Assembly (NCBI GenBank): GCA_007121075.1 | Contig: SKMK01000034.1 | Span: forward strand, 21,700 to 85,699 | Source of the DNA: Syntrophomonadaceae bacterium | GTDB lineage: Bacteria > Bacillota > Dethiobacteria > DTU022 | Direction: 5' to 3' | DNA: 64,000 nt | Part shown: positions 17,049-26,953 of the stretch, piece by piece | Layout of the letters: every line of letters starts with the position of its first letter | Position numbering within the stretch: position 1 is the first letter of the stretch | The notes under the pieces: model-generated | The model's database searches: none | What the model was told of the DNA's origin: nothing | What the model saw: the letters and a program-made list of their open reading frames with translations, nothing else | Position numbers and translations under genes: made by a program

Positions 17049-17737
17049 GGCAGTTCTTCCAGGAACAACTCCAGCTCCCTGACATCCACGGCCAGTCCCA
17101 TCACCTCGGAAGGATCGGAATTACGCAGGGTGGCAAACACAATCCCCACCACTTCGCCATCTTCATTGAACAGCGGGCTGCCACTGCTGCCGGGGTACAC
17201 TGCGGCCCTGACCACCAGGAAGGGTAGATCCCGGCTGGGATTTTCCGAGTGGCCAATCAGGAGGCCCTTGTTGGCTATCCGGGCAAATTGAAGCGGGTTG
17301 CCGATCACCAGCAGCTCCCATTCAGGTGGAGGCGGCTGTGCTGCCAGGGAAACAGCGGGCAGATTTTCTCCCTCAATCTCGACTACGGCCAGGTCCACGT
17401 GGGGCGATACTTCCCAGCCCCTGGCGATAAAAGTGCCCCGGCCCGGAAAAGAAACCCTCACCACTGAAGCATCTTCCACCATATGGCGGTTGGTTACAAT
17501 TAAACCTTCAGGATCAATATTGAAGCCGCTGCCGCGCCTCTGCCCCCCGGGTGCGCCGGCGGCCGAGTCGACATAGATCTGGACCACCGCGTTCCTGGTT
17601 TCCTCGACTACGGGGTGATCCGATAAGGCCCATGACTCCTGCAAAAATTCAAGGGCGGGCCCGGCAAAAACCTGCAGCCAGCGGGCGGTTACCGAAAACA
17701 GGAACGCAACGGCTACAATCAGGGCTGTAATCCCCAT
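17045..17737 (-). CDS. Trypsin-like (S1C/HtrA-like, no PDZ) serine protease, N-terminally membrane-anchored
   Basis: His, Asp and Ser contexts: VTNRHMVED, DLAVVEIE, YPGSSGSPLF. One N-terminal TM helix. Its 3' end overlaps the convergent cyclase gene by 4 nt. Confidence 0.8.
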   Translation of the reverse strand: MGITALIVAVAFLFSVTARWLQVFAGPALEFLQESWALSDHPVVEETRNAVVQIYVDSAAGAPGGQRRGSGFNIDPEGLIVTNRHMVEDASVVRVSFPGRGTFIARGWEVSPHVDLAVVEIEGENLPAVSLAAQPPPPEWELLVIGNPLQFARIANKGLLIGHSENPSRDLPFLVVRAAVYPGSSGSPLFNEDGEVVGIVFATLRNSDPSEVMGLAVDVRELELFLEELP

Positions 17738-18030
17738 AATAAACCGGCGCCTCCTGTAGCGGGCGGCAAGGTCTATATCTTCTTCCCCCTGCTCGTATTT
17801 GCGGTTTATCTCTTCAATTATTTCCCGGTCGAGTTCATCGAACTCACGGTTGTTTTCATCTCCGCCTCTGTCCCTGACAGCTGTTCACCTCTTCATTTAC
17901 AGGTTAGCTTAACTTTCCACTATTATCGCTTATTTTTTTCTTTTTATAAACACTATTTATTATAACCATGTCCCAATTTTTTTAATACGGGCCTCATCAA
18001 TTACTATCCATTGCTATCCCAAGAAGATTG

Positions 18031-18059
18031 TTGTATGCTCCAATCCCAGCTGCTATAAT
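18031..18059 (+). promoter_or_regulatory. Sigma-A type promoter
   Basis: TTGTAT (18031-18036) - 17 nt - TATAAT (18054-18059), about 70 nt upstream of the ORF at 18132. Confidence 0.5.
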
Positions 18060-18131
18060 ATGATGTAAATAACAGCCAAACGAGGTGAAAGGCCTGTCTT
18101 AACTTATGCAGGGTAGGAGCAGGCTCAAGAT

Positions 18132-18398
18132 ATGGATAAAGATATCAACAAACAGCCCTTTCGCTCCGGCGAAAAAGAAGCCTTAAAGAAAAAAATCCAC
18201 CGGGCCCTCGTGGAAGCCAGGAAAGCCCGCTACCACGGGGACGAAGAAAAAGCCCGCGAAATTGTCCGCCAGATGATGGCCGAAGCCGCCCCGGCAGCCC
18301 AACGGGCCAGCCGCGAGGGCGGGTTCAACTGGGTAGTGGAAGCGCTTAAACCGCTTGATGATCTGATGCTGCCCGACGATGATCCCAACGGCTGCTGA
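18132..18398 (+). CDS. Hypothetical small charged protein (88 aa)
   Basis: ATG ORF with GGTAGGAG 12 nt upstream and its own promoter. Helical, Lys/Glu/Ala-rich. I recognise no family. Confidence 0.45.
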   Translation: MDKDINKQPFRSGEKEALKKKIHRALVEARKARYHGDEEKAREIVRQMMAEAAPAAQRASREGGFNWVVEALKPLDDLMLPDDDPNGC

Positions 18399-18430
18399 AG
18401 TTTTTTCTTTGTGAAACGGGAGCCCCACTT

Positions 18431-19039
18431 TTAGATGGAAACAAACAGCGCCGCTATGATGGCTACCGCTATCGCCACCGGGATGGCAATGATGATGACA
18501 AAGTGGATCACATAGGCGCCGATGCTGGCCCCGGTGGAAAGGCCGTGGCTTTCCCGCAGGGCAATTACCTGCAGGACGATTACCCAAATTGACAGCCCGA
18601 AAGTTACCAGGCCGCCGAGGATAGCGCCTACAGTGCCCACAAGGGTGGCAATAAAGGTAACAGGAACGCTGATGATCATGGGAAAGTCAGCAAAGGCATA
18701 TGCGCTGAACAGGTTCCAGTAACTGCCCCTGCCACCAAACAGCCTGGCCAGAAGGTGCAGCAGGGCAGTAATGATAAAAATGGAAACAACAGCAAAAACC
18801 AGCGCCCCGGCAATAATCACTGAAGAAGGTATAAAGACCCCCAGTTCAGCCATTGACTCTTCCAGGACCGCAAATCCCCCGTCGCCGAATATATTGGAAG
18901 CCATGACCAGGAGGGCCACTCCCAGGTAAACCAGGAAGGCAGGCCCAACCGGTTTTTCCCGGGCAATTTCATTTAAAGTGCGGACCGGGCTGGCCAGCAC
19001 GCCGTAAAGCCACTCAAGCAGTTTTTCTCCCATTGACAA
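18431..19039 (-). CDS. Yip1-domain membrane protein
   Basis: 202 aa with 5 predicted TM helices. The N-terminal LEWLYGVLASPVRTLNEIAREKP is typical of bacterial Yip1/DUF1282-like proteins. GGAGG lies upstream of TTG 19039 and ATG 19033. Confidence 0.65.
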   Translation of the reverse strand: MSMGEKLLEWLYGVLASPVRTLNEIAREKPVGPAFLVYLGVALLVMASNIFGDGGFAVLEESMAELGVFIPSSVIIAGALVFAVVSIFIITALLHLLARLFGGRGSYWNLFSAYAFADFPMIISVPVTFIATLVGTVGAILGGLVTFGLSIWVIVLQVIALRESHGLSTGASIGAYVIHFVIIIAIPVAIAVAIIAALFVSI

Positions 19040-19241
19040 TAATGCCTCCTTTTTATACTGATTCCTTGTAAAGCTGTTTTACTTGCATCCCCTTATCTAA
19101 GATTAAAAAATGAGCCAACACCTGTCCTTCTTTTCTTATAGGGCAAAGCTTACCCTGCAGGCTGCCCGGGTATCCGGGCAGGGCGGTTTCGATTACCAGC
19201 CTCTGCAGCAGGTCCCGCGCCTTACCGAAAAAATCAAACTT

Positions 19242-20177
19242 TTACCTGACCTGGTAGCGGATCTCGGGAGGTACGCCTTCCCGCAGTTTTTCTAAAAGAA
19301 TCAGCTCCGGATCAATGAAAGACCGTTCCAGGGAAGCAAGTACGCTATAGCCGTAATCAAAAAGCTGGGTCAACAGCGAAGGGGCCGGAAATTCGTAGCG
19401 AACCGGAGTTTCCAGGTTGTTCAGTTCGGCCAGGTAGTCGATGGCTTCATCCACCCCACCCAGACGGTCAACCAGGCCCAGATCTTTGGCCTGGCTGCCG
19501 AGGAAAAGTTCACCGGTGGCCAGTTTCCTGACCTCCTCAACATCCATATCCCGGCCTTCGGCCACTTCGTTAATAAACTGATCGTAAGCTTCGTCAGAGA
19601 TGTCCTGCATAATCTGCCTTTCTTCTTCGGTCAGGCTCCGGTTGAACATATCCTTGTGCTCGCCCGATTTTATAGTTTCCACATTTATGCCCAGCTTGTC
19701 ATAAAGCTCCTCTAAATCTATGATACTGCTGATCACCCCGATCGAACCGGTTATTGTTCCCGGCTGGGCCACGATCCCCTGGGCCGGGGCAGAGATATAA
19801 TAACCCCCGGAAGCAGCCATGTCGGCCATGGAAACTACAACCGGTTTTTCAAACTCCCGGACCATGCCCGCTATTTCCTGCGAGGCCGCTATCGAGCCGC
19901 CGGGGCTTTGTACGCGCAATACAACCCCCTCGATGCCGGGATCTTCTCCTGCCCGCTGCAGCTGATTATAGACATAGTCGGGGGAAATCCCGGCGGCAAA
20001 AAAACCGCCCATACTTTCCTGGATCGGTCCCTGCAACTTGATGACCACGATCCGGTCTTCCTCGGCGACCGGTTCTCTCTTTGGGCTGACCCCGTCAATT
20101 AAGGGTAAAGCCAGGACCGCGATCACCGCCACGGCGATCAAGGAAATAATAATGATCTTTTTCTTATCCATTCTCAC
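19242..20177 (-). CDS. sppA: Signal peptide peptidase SppA (36K type, S49)
   Basis: 311 aa. N-terminal TM helix, catalytic Ser context SMADMAASGGYYIS, and GSIGVISS, KSGEHKDM. Confidence 0.88.
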   Translation of the reverse strand: MRMDKKKIIIISLIAVAVIAVLALPLIDGVSPKREPVAEEDRIVVIKLQGPIQESMGGFFAAGISPDYVYNQLQRAGEDPGIEGVVLRVQSPGGSIAASQEIAGMVREFEKPVVVSMADMAASGGYYISAPAQGIVAQPGTITGSIGVISSIIDLEELYDKLGINVETIKSGEHKDMFNRSLTEEERQIMQDISDEAYDQFINEVAEGRDMDVEEVRKLATGELFLGSQAKDLGLVDRLGGVDEAIDYLAELNNLETPVRYEFPAPSLLTQLFDYGYSVLASLERSFIDPELILLEKLREGVPPEIRYQVR

Positions 20178-20409
20178 ACACCCCTGCTCTCATAATAATC
20201 CATTCCATGTAACATTAGACAGCAGCTTTCCAATTCCTGCCCGAAATTATTTAAGCCTGGACGGCACCGCAATTATTTAAAGCAGCCTCCCCCGGCGAGA
20301 ATATTTAGACAATGATTAGAAATAATGGTTGTGCGCAGTGCCAGCCTGTGATAAAATATACTTAACTGATATAGTTACAAATCAAGAATACTCTTGAGGA
20401 GGTAATTAC

Positions 20410-20736
20410 ATGGGCGAAAATAACCTGGCAGAACAGACTTTAAATTTAAAAAACCTGGTAGATTACCAGGACGGATCAATTGTTAGCAAAGAAATCATGA
20501 AAAAAGACACGGGTACTGTTACTCTCTTTGCGTTTGACCGGGGTCAGGGACTGAGCGAACACACCGCCCCTTTTGATGCCATGGTCTGTATCCTGGACGG
20601 AACCGCCGAAGTAATTATCTCGGGCCAGTCTCACCAGGCCCGGGAAGGCGAAATGATCATTATGCCGGCCAACAAACCGCATGCCCTTAAAGCCAATGAA
20701 CAGTTTAAAATGATGCTGGTTATGATCCGGTCCTGA
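20410..20736 (+). CDS. Cupin domain protein
   Basis: 108 aa, GAGGAGG upstream. Cupin motifs GLSEHTAPFDAMVCILDG and MPANKPHAL. Probably co-transcribed with the flavodiiron gene. Confidence 0.75.
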   Translation: MGENNLAEQTLNLKNLVDYQDGSIVSKEIMKKDTGTVTLFAFDRGQGLSEHTAPFDAMVCILDGTAEVIISGQSHQAREGEMIIMPANKPHALKANEQFKMMLVMIRS

Positions 20737-20792
20737 TTCCTTAAACAGCACCTGCTTTTTTTCCGGAACAACTTAAAATGGAGGTTAAATAA

Positions 20793-21989
20793 ATGTCTTT
20801 CAAAGTAAACGACAATGTAACCTGGGTTGGAAAAATTGACTGGGAACTGCGCAAATTCCATGGCGAAGAACTGAGTACCCACAGGGGGACCAGCTACAAT
20901 TCCTACCTGGTTCAAGGAAGCGAGAAGACCGTTGTGATCGACACGGTCTGGAAGCCGTTTGCCGAAGAGTTTGTAGAAAACCTGAAAAAAGAAATTAATT
21001 TGAATGAAATTGACTACATCGTTGCCAATCATGGTGAGATCGATCACAGCGGTGCCCTGGCCGAACTGCTCAGAGAGATACCGGGCACACCGGTTTACTG
21101 CAGCCAGGCCGGCGAAAAATCACTACGGGGCCACTACCACCAGGACTGGAATTTCCATACGGTTAAAACCGGCGACAAGCTGAGCCTGGGCGACAAAGAA
21201 CTGATTTTCGTAGAAGCAAAAATGCTCCACTGGCCTGACAGCATGTTTTGTTACCTGACCGAAGACAATATCTTGTTTCCCAATGACGCCTTCGGCCAGC
21301 ACTATGCTTCCGAGCATATGTTTAACGATCTGGTGGACCAGGACGAACTCTACAGTGAGGCCATTAAATATTATGCCAATATCCTCACTCCTTTCAGCAA
21401 ACTGGTCGCCGCCAAGATCAAGGAGGTAACCGGGCTCAACCTTCAGGTCGACATGATCTGCCCCAGCCACGGCGTTATCTGGCGTAAGGATCCTCTGCAG
21501 ATCGTTAATAAATACATGGAGTGGGCCCAGGCCTACCAGGAAAACCAGGTCACCATTGCTTACGATACGATGTGGGACGGAACCAGGCGGGGTGCCGAAG
21601 CAATTGCCGCCGGCATTAAGGAAGCCAACCCGGATATAACGATCAAACTCTACAATGCCGCCCGGTCCGACATAAACGATGTAATCACAGAAATATTTAA
21701 ATCCAAAGGGATTGTAGTGGGTTCGCCGACCATAAATAGGGGGATCCTGCATTCTATCGCCGCCCTGCTGGAGATTGCCAAAGGCCTTAAATTCCAGCAG
21801 AAAAAGGCCTGTGCTTTCGGTTGCTACGGATGGAGCGGCGAATCAGTAAAAGTGATCACCGGGCTGCTTGAAGAAGCCGGTTTTGAGCTAATCAACAGCG
21901 ACGGCTTAAAGATATTCTGGAACCCGGACGAGGAAGCAGTTGCCAATGCCAACGCTTACGGCCGGGAAATTGGAACTGCTCTGGCCTAA
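20793..21989 (+). CDS. fprA: Flavodiiron protein (FprA/ROO type: metallo-beta-lactamase-like di-iron domain + flavodoxin domain)
   Basis: 398 aa. Di-iron ligand motif NHGEIDHSGA and flavodoxin-type IVVGSPTINRG. The length and architecture are typical of class A FDPs. Confidence 0.88.
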   Translation: MSFKVNDNVTWVGKIDWELRKFHGEELSTHRGTSYNSYLVQGSEKTVVIDTVWKPFAEEFVENLKKEINLNEIDYIVANHGEIDHSGALAELLREIPGTPVYCSQAGEKSLRGHYHQDWNFHTVKTGDKLSLGDKELIFVEAKMLHWPDSMFCYLTEDNILFPNDAFGQHYASEHMFNDLVDQDELYSEAIKYYANILTPFSKLVAAKIKEVTGLNLQVDMICPSHGVIWRKDPLQIVNKYMEWAQAYQENQVTIAYDTMWDGTRRGAEAIAAGIKEANPDITIKLYNAARSDINDVITEIFKSKGIVVGSPTINRGILHSIAALLEIAKGLKFQQKKACAFGCYGWSGESVKVITGLLEEAGFELINSDGLKIFWNPDEEAVANANAYGREIGTALA

Positions 21990-22078
21990 AAAGGCTCTGA
22001 CCGCATTCAGATTGATCAAAGTTTAAGTGAAGGATAGCGTTGCAAGGGGGATACGGTTTATAGTAGCCGTGCCCCTTT

Positions 22079-22714
22079 TTAATGTCCCTGTCGGGAGCGG
22101 TTATTGCCGATCCCGTTCCAGTAAATATCAAGAAGATCCTTTAATCGCTTTTCTTCCACCTCGATATTGTCTAAGACTACCATTTCCCCGATTACCATGT
22201 GGTTCAGGGCCAGGAAAAAACGGCCGGCCAGTTCGACATCCACATTGGGACGAATCTCGCCAAGCCTGATACCTTCTTTAATTAAGCCGGTTACGTTTTC
22301 AATCAATTCCCGGCGCCGCTTCAAGATCCAATCCTGTAGCTCTTTAAAGCTCTGGGGGCGCTCGTTAAACAGGAGATGGAGTTTCCTGCGGTTCTCCTTA
22401 ATCAGATCAAGGTGGTTGACGAAAATGTTTTCCATAGTCTGTCTGGCCGAGGTAACCTCCTCAAGGTGAGCTTCAAATAATTTCAGATAGGCATCGGCAC
22501 AGTAAGAAAAGCATTCCTTGAACAGCTCTTCCTTGCTCGAAAAATATTCGTATACTGTCCCCTTGCCCACTTCGGCAAGCTCTGCAATTTCAGTTACCGT
22601 GACCTGGTAAAAATCTTCTTCCAGGAATTTTTCCACGGCTGCGTGCAATATCTGCTTTTTCTTGGACCCTGCTTCTTTATGGTTGATGCGGCTTTCGTCG
22701 AATACCATCGGCAT
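22079..22714 (-). CDS. TetR/AcrR family transcriptional regulator
   Basis: The N-terminal HTH TVTEIAELAEVGKGTVYEYFSSKEELF is the canonical TetR_N signature. It lies directly downstream of the RND pump gene. Confidence 0.9.
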   Translation of the reverse strand: MPMVFDESRINHKEAGSKKKQILHAAVEKFLEEDFYQVTVTEIAELAEVGKGTVYEYFSSKEELFKECFSYCADAYLKLFEAHLEEVTSARQTMENIFVNHLDLIKENRRKLHLLFNERPQSFKELQDWILKRRRELIENVTGLIKEGIRLGEIRPNVDVELAGRFFLALNHMVIGEMVVLDNIEVEEKRLKDLLDIYWNGIGNNRSRQGH

Positions 22715-22864
22715 TAACTCCCTTTCCCTGGATCTCTTATCTTCAATAAAAAATCAACCTGGTGAGCCACCCGGCAACCCAAACCGGGATCAGCCCCTTA
22801 TGTATATTATTATGGCAGCCCCGACCCTAACCATTGGGATCGACTCCCCGGGTAAAGATAACGG

Positions 22865-25800
22865 TTAGCGGATCACTAACAGAGGTTCCTGGCCCCCTGC
22901 ATTGAGCAGGGTTAAAATCAGCGCGGCCAGGATCAGCACCACCACCATGCGCAGGACGGCCCCGACCAGCACCCTGTCTTTCTTTTTCCAGTTCTGCCGC
23001 CTTTCAGGCTTCCGGGCGCCGTATTCAGTATTTTCGTAATAATCGGATGAGCTAAGGCCGCTGCCGGGTTCTCCGACCGCGTAGGCAGGGGAGGCTTCAA
23101 AACCGTCATTGACATTAAAAGCACCTGCAGAGATTATACCCGGATGCTCCCTGGTAACGGCCCTGTAAATGGAAGGCACGGCCAACAGAAGCAGGATGGT
23201 TCCCGTGATCTGACCCCCGATAATGGCAATGGCCATCGGGGCCTGCAGTTCTGCTCCTTCCCCGATGCCGAGGGCCAGGGGGAAAAGCCCCAGCACAGTG
23301 GTAGCCGTGGTCATCAGGATCGGGCGGAGGCGGGCTGCCGCCCCCTCGATAATCGCCTGCTTAAGGGCTAGGCCGTGCAGTCTTCGCTGCTGATTGATAT
23401 AGTCAACCATGATAATGCCGTCGTTGACCAGGATGCCGGACAGGACAATCAGACCGATCAGGGCCGGCACGCTGATGTTATTGCCGGTTATGATCAAAGC
23501 AATTACCGACCCGGCATAAGCCAGAGGTAGGGTGCAGATAATTATAAAGGGATGAAGCAGGGATTCAAACTGGGCCGCCAGTACCAGGTAAACCAGCGCC
23601 ATAGCCACGAAGAGGACCAGCTCCAGTTCGTCCAGCACATCACCCATCATCACGGCGCTGCCCGCTGCCTTGATTTCATAGCCGGGGGGAAGATTGATCT
23701 CCTCCAGTGCTTCTAAAGCCACAGTCGTTGCCGTGCCCAGGTCGAGGCTTTCATACTGGGCTTCAATCTGGCCCACTATCTCCCGGTTTTGCCTCGGTAT
23801 GCTACGGGGCCCAAAAGCTTCTTCCAGTTCGGCCACTTCGTTGATCCGCACGTACTCGGCGGCGGCGGTGTAAAAACCGACCTCGCCCAGGTCTTCAATG
23901 GTCTTGATTTCCTGTTTTTCATAACCGAGCACTATTTCCATGATCCCGTCGGCAGTTTCGATCCGGCTCACCGGTACTCCTTCCAGGGACTCCCTTACCG
24001 CCCCGGCTACCTGGGCCAGGGTCACCCCTTTCTGCAGCGCTTCGCTGTGATCAAGGCGGACGTGGACTTCGGGGCGATTTTCTTCCAGCGAAGACTGAAC
24101 ATCGCTAAACTGGGAATGGGCGGACAATATTTCCACCGCCTGCCCGGTTATCTCCATCACCCGTTCCAGGTTTTCGCCGCTGATCACCAGGTCGAGACTG
24201 GTCTCCAGGCCGGCTGAATCCAGTACGGACTGGCGGGAAAAGGCAGTTTCCGCCTCGTAGGGAAGGCTGTCTGCAGCCTGCCTGACTTCGTCGATCACCC
24301 GGTCAATTTCCCCGGTGTATTCAGGTTTAATATTCACTCTGATCCGGCCTTCATTGGAAGATCCACCGCTGCCTGGCATACCCATGAAACCTGATCCTCC
24401 CACCCGGGCCGAATAGCTTTCCACCTCAGCCCTGCCGGCAAGTATTTTTTCAAACTCCACCACGTAAGAGTCGGTCCGATCAAGGGTGGTGCCAGGGGGC
24501 AGGGTAATGTTGATTGAAAAAGACGATTCCTCGGGGTTGGGGAACAGCTCGGTTCCCATGGTCGTGAATCCGAATGCCCCGCCGGCCACAAACACCAGGG
24601 CCAGGATGATCACCCACCAGGGGCGGTTTACGGCCAGTTTAAGCATGCGGCGGTAAAAAGGCAGCCGGGACGGTTTTGATGGTTCAGCATCGAGACTTTC
24701 GCTTCTCTGCAGGGAACGGGAGGCCAGCAGGGGTATTACGGTCAGGGCCATAAACAGGGAGGCCAGGATAGCGCAGCCAACGGTCAGGGCAAATTCCCAG
24801 AACAGCTGGCCGGCCAGTCCGGTAAGAAAGACCACCGGGAAAAAAACGCTAATCGTGGTCAGAGTGGAAGCGGTAATCGCCCCGGCCACTTCCCGGGCCC
24901 CGTTGATCGAGGCCTCGGCCGGCTTTTCACCAAGCTGGTAGTGACGGTATATATTCTCGCTGACCACGATGGCGTTATCGACCAGCATCCCCGCGGCCAG
25001 GGCCAGCCCACCCAGGGTCATCAGGTTAATAGTTATATTCGTAAAATAGAGCAGGGTAAAAGTCGCTATAACAGCTGCCGGGATGCTCAGGCCAATAAAC
25101 ATGGTAGTGCGCCAGTTTTTCAGGAACAGGAGCAGAACCAGGATGGCCAGGGCGGCACCGCCGAGCAGCGACCGGGCCAGGTCGACCAGGGCATGCTCGA
25201 TCTCTTCAGCCTGGTCAAAAATAGTGTTAAACCGGATCTGGGAAAAAGAACCAATACTCTCTTCGGAAAGTTCATCCAGTGCTTGCCGGACCTGGCGGGC
25301 TACGGTAACGGTATTGGCATCCCCTTCTTTTTGAATTGAAAGGCCGATGCTCGGTTGCATGTTGTACCGGGAAATGGAAACCGGCTCGTAAGTATCCTGC
25401 CCTATTTCGGCAACCATGCCAAGCGTTACCGGGATGATCGGAAAATCATCGCCCAGATCTATTCCGACAAAAGGGTTGCCTCCCGCTCCACCCCCGGCCA
25501 GGTTGCCGCCCATCATCGCCGCCGCCAGTTCGGTCAGCAGGTCTTCTACGCCGCGGGAGGCATCATCAAGCCCCCGCCGGGCCTGGCCCTCGAGATCAGA
25601 AATCCAGTTTTCCAGGTCGGGAATGGAAATAAGCGGCTCCCGACGGATCTCGGGCCAGTTTTCATGAAAACTGATCAAAACATAATTGGCAGTGGCTGCA
25701 GTGATCAGGGGATGAATTTCAGCCAGCCTTTCCAGTTCAGCAGAGGTAAGGTTATAGTTACCCGGTGCGGCCGGGTCCAGGGGGACAATAACCCGGTCGT

Positions 25801-26953
25801 TATCCCAGACAGCATACTCCATGAGCCATAAGTCGGCGAGGGTGATGGGGCCGCTTTCAACAACATCCGTCAGATCCAGGCCGGCCGGGACCACCGCTTT
25901 GCCCAGTGAAGAAAGGGACAGGACCAGATGCCTGCTTTCCGGTCGGTAGGTGATCTCGGGATTAACCGTAAAGAGGCGCATGCTCTTTTCGAGGTCCACA
26001 TCTTCCCTGCCAGCTGCCCCATCCTTTACAGGCAGGATAATGCTCCCACCCACAACGGTGGCTCCGTTAAAATCAAAGATGTCGTCCCAGTACAGTTCCC
26101 GCACCGGCATTCCGCCGGAGCCGCTGCCGGTAAAGCCGGCGGTTTGTTCTTCAATGATCCGGTTTAAATCAACATTTATCTCCTGGCCAACCAGCTTCTC
26201 CAGTTCTTCCTGGTCAATTTTAAAACCGACGATCAGGTCGGAAAGCATTTCCGGTTCCGCGTACCGGCCCAGGAAACGCAGCCTGACCCGGCGGTCTTCC
26301 AGATCGATGATCCCGGCCGGAAAATCCATCAGGCTGGACCGGAGCACATTGGCTACCTGTTCAAAGGAAACTTCGTATTCAGACATTTCCCCGGGGTTGG
26401 CCCGGACAAAAATATCCTCCTCCACCCCGCCCTGGATCTGCACCTCGGCCACACCGCGGATCGATTCCAGCCTGGGAGCGGCCGTTTTTTTAAGCCAGGC
26501 AGTGAGCCGGGCCGGATCGTCGGCGCCGCTGGCCGAAATCTGCATGATCGGCATCAGGGTGGGATCAAATTCGAGGATCATCGGGAGCCGGGTCTCATCG
26601 GGCAGGCTGACCAGATCCATGCGCATCCGCACGTCTTCCCGCAGACTTTTCACGTCGGCTCCCCAGTCAAACAGGACGATCACCAGGGACAGGTTTTCCT
26701 GGGAAATGGAATTGATGCCGGTAACCCCGCCCACCGTGGCGACGCTTTCTTCGATCGGTTTGGTAACCAGCTCCAGCGATTCCTGGGGGGAACTGCCGGG
26801 AAAGGGAGTAATAACAGCCAGCACCGGGGCTTCAATTTCCGGCAGCAGGTCAAGGGGACTCTGGTAAAGGCTCACCAGCCCGATCACCAGGATCAGGATC
26901 AAAATGGCCCCCGTGGCTACGGGCCGTTTAACGGCGAGTTTGGATATGTTCAT
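22865..26953 (-). CDS. RND (AcrB/SwrC-like) efflux transporter, oversized (1362 aa)
   Basis: N-terminus MNISKLAVKRPVATGAILILIL, with two 5-6 helix TM bundles and two large extracytoplasmic loops. Typical segments: VDNAIVVSENIY, GILVNDGIIMVDYI. There is extra sequence in loop 1 and at the C-terminus (see findings). Confidence 0.9.
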   Translation of the reverse strand: MNISKLAVKRPVATGAILILILVIGLVSLYQSPLDLLPEIEAPVLAVITPFPGSSPQESLELVTKPIEESVATVGGVTGINSISQENLSLVIVLFDWGADVKSLREDVRMRMDLVSLPDETRLPMILEFDPTLMPIMQISASGADDPARLTAWLKKTAAPRLESIRGVAEVQIQGGVEEDIFVRANPGEMSEYEVSFEQVANVLRSSLMDFPAGIIDLEDRRVRLRFLGRYAEPEMLSDLIVGFKIDQEELEKLVGQEINVDLNRIIEEQTAGFTGSGSGGMPVRELYWDDIFDFNGATVVGGSIILPVKDGAAGREDVDLEKSMRLFTVNPEITYRPESRHLVLSLSSLGKAVVPAGLDLTDVVESGPITLADLWLMEYAVWDNDRVIVPLDPAAPGNYNLTSAELERLAEIHPLITAATANYVLISFHENWPEIRREPLISIPDLENWISDLEGQARRGLDDASRGVEDLLTELAAAMMGGNLAGGGAGGNPFVGIDLGDDFPIIPVTLGMVAEIGQDTYEPVSISRYNMQPSIGLSIQKEGDANTVTVARQVRQALDELSEESIGSFSQIRFNTIFDQAEEIEHALVDLARSLLGGAALAILVLLLFLKNWRTTMFIGLSIPAAVIATFTLLYFTNITINLMTLGGLALAAGMLVDNAIVVSENIYRHYQLGEKPAEASINGAREVAGAITASTLTTISVFFPVVFLTGLAGQLFWEFALTVGCAILASLFMALTVIPLLASRSLQRSESLDAEPSKPSRLPFYRRMLKLAVNRPWWVIILALVFVAGGAFGFTTMGTELFPNPEESSFSINITLPPGTTLDRTDSYVVEFEKILAGRAEVESYSARVGGSGFMGMPGSGGSSNEGRIRVNIKPEYTGEIDRVIDEVRQAADSLPYEAETAFSRQSVLDSAGLETSLDLVISGENLERVMEITGQAVEILSAHSQFSDVQSSLEENRPEVHVRLDHSEALQKGVTLAQVAGAVRESLEGVPVSRIETADGIMEIVLGYEKQEIKTIEDLGEVGFYTAAAEYVRINEVAELEEAFGPRSIPRQNREIVGQIEAQYESLDLGTATTVALEALEEINLPPGYEIKAAGSAVMMGDVLDELELVLFVAMALVYLVLAAQFESLLHPFIIICTLPLAYAGSVIALIITGNNISVPALIGLIVLSGILVNDGIIMVDYINQQRRLHGLALKQAIIEGAAARLRPILMTTATTVLGLFPLALGIGEGAELQAPMAIAIIGGQITGTILLLLAVPSIYRAVTREHPGIISAGAFNVNDGFEASPAYAVGEPGSGLSSSDYYENTEYGARKPERRQNWKKKDRVLVGAVLRMVVVLILAALILTLLNAGGQEPLLVIR

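Noticed and set aside
19150-19185. Strong hairpin CTGCCCGG-(N4)-CCGGGCAG between the sppA and Yip1 genes as a terminator
   Set aside because: No U-tract on either strand. It may be a processing or stability element, but I cannot call it a terminator.
25950-26867. 305 aa plus-strand ORF, plus ORFs at 23144-25831, inside the RND gene
   Set aside because: Shadow ORFs with Ser/Arg/Pro-rich nonsense composition, antisense to a 1362 aa RND transporter.
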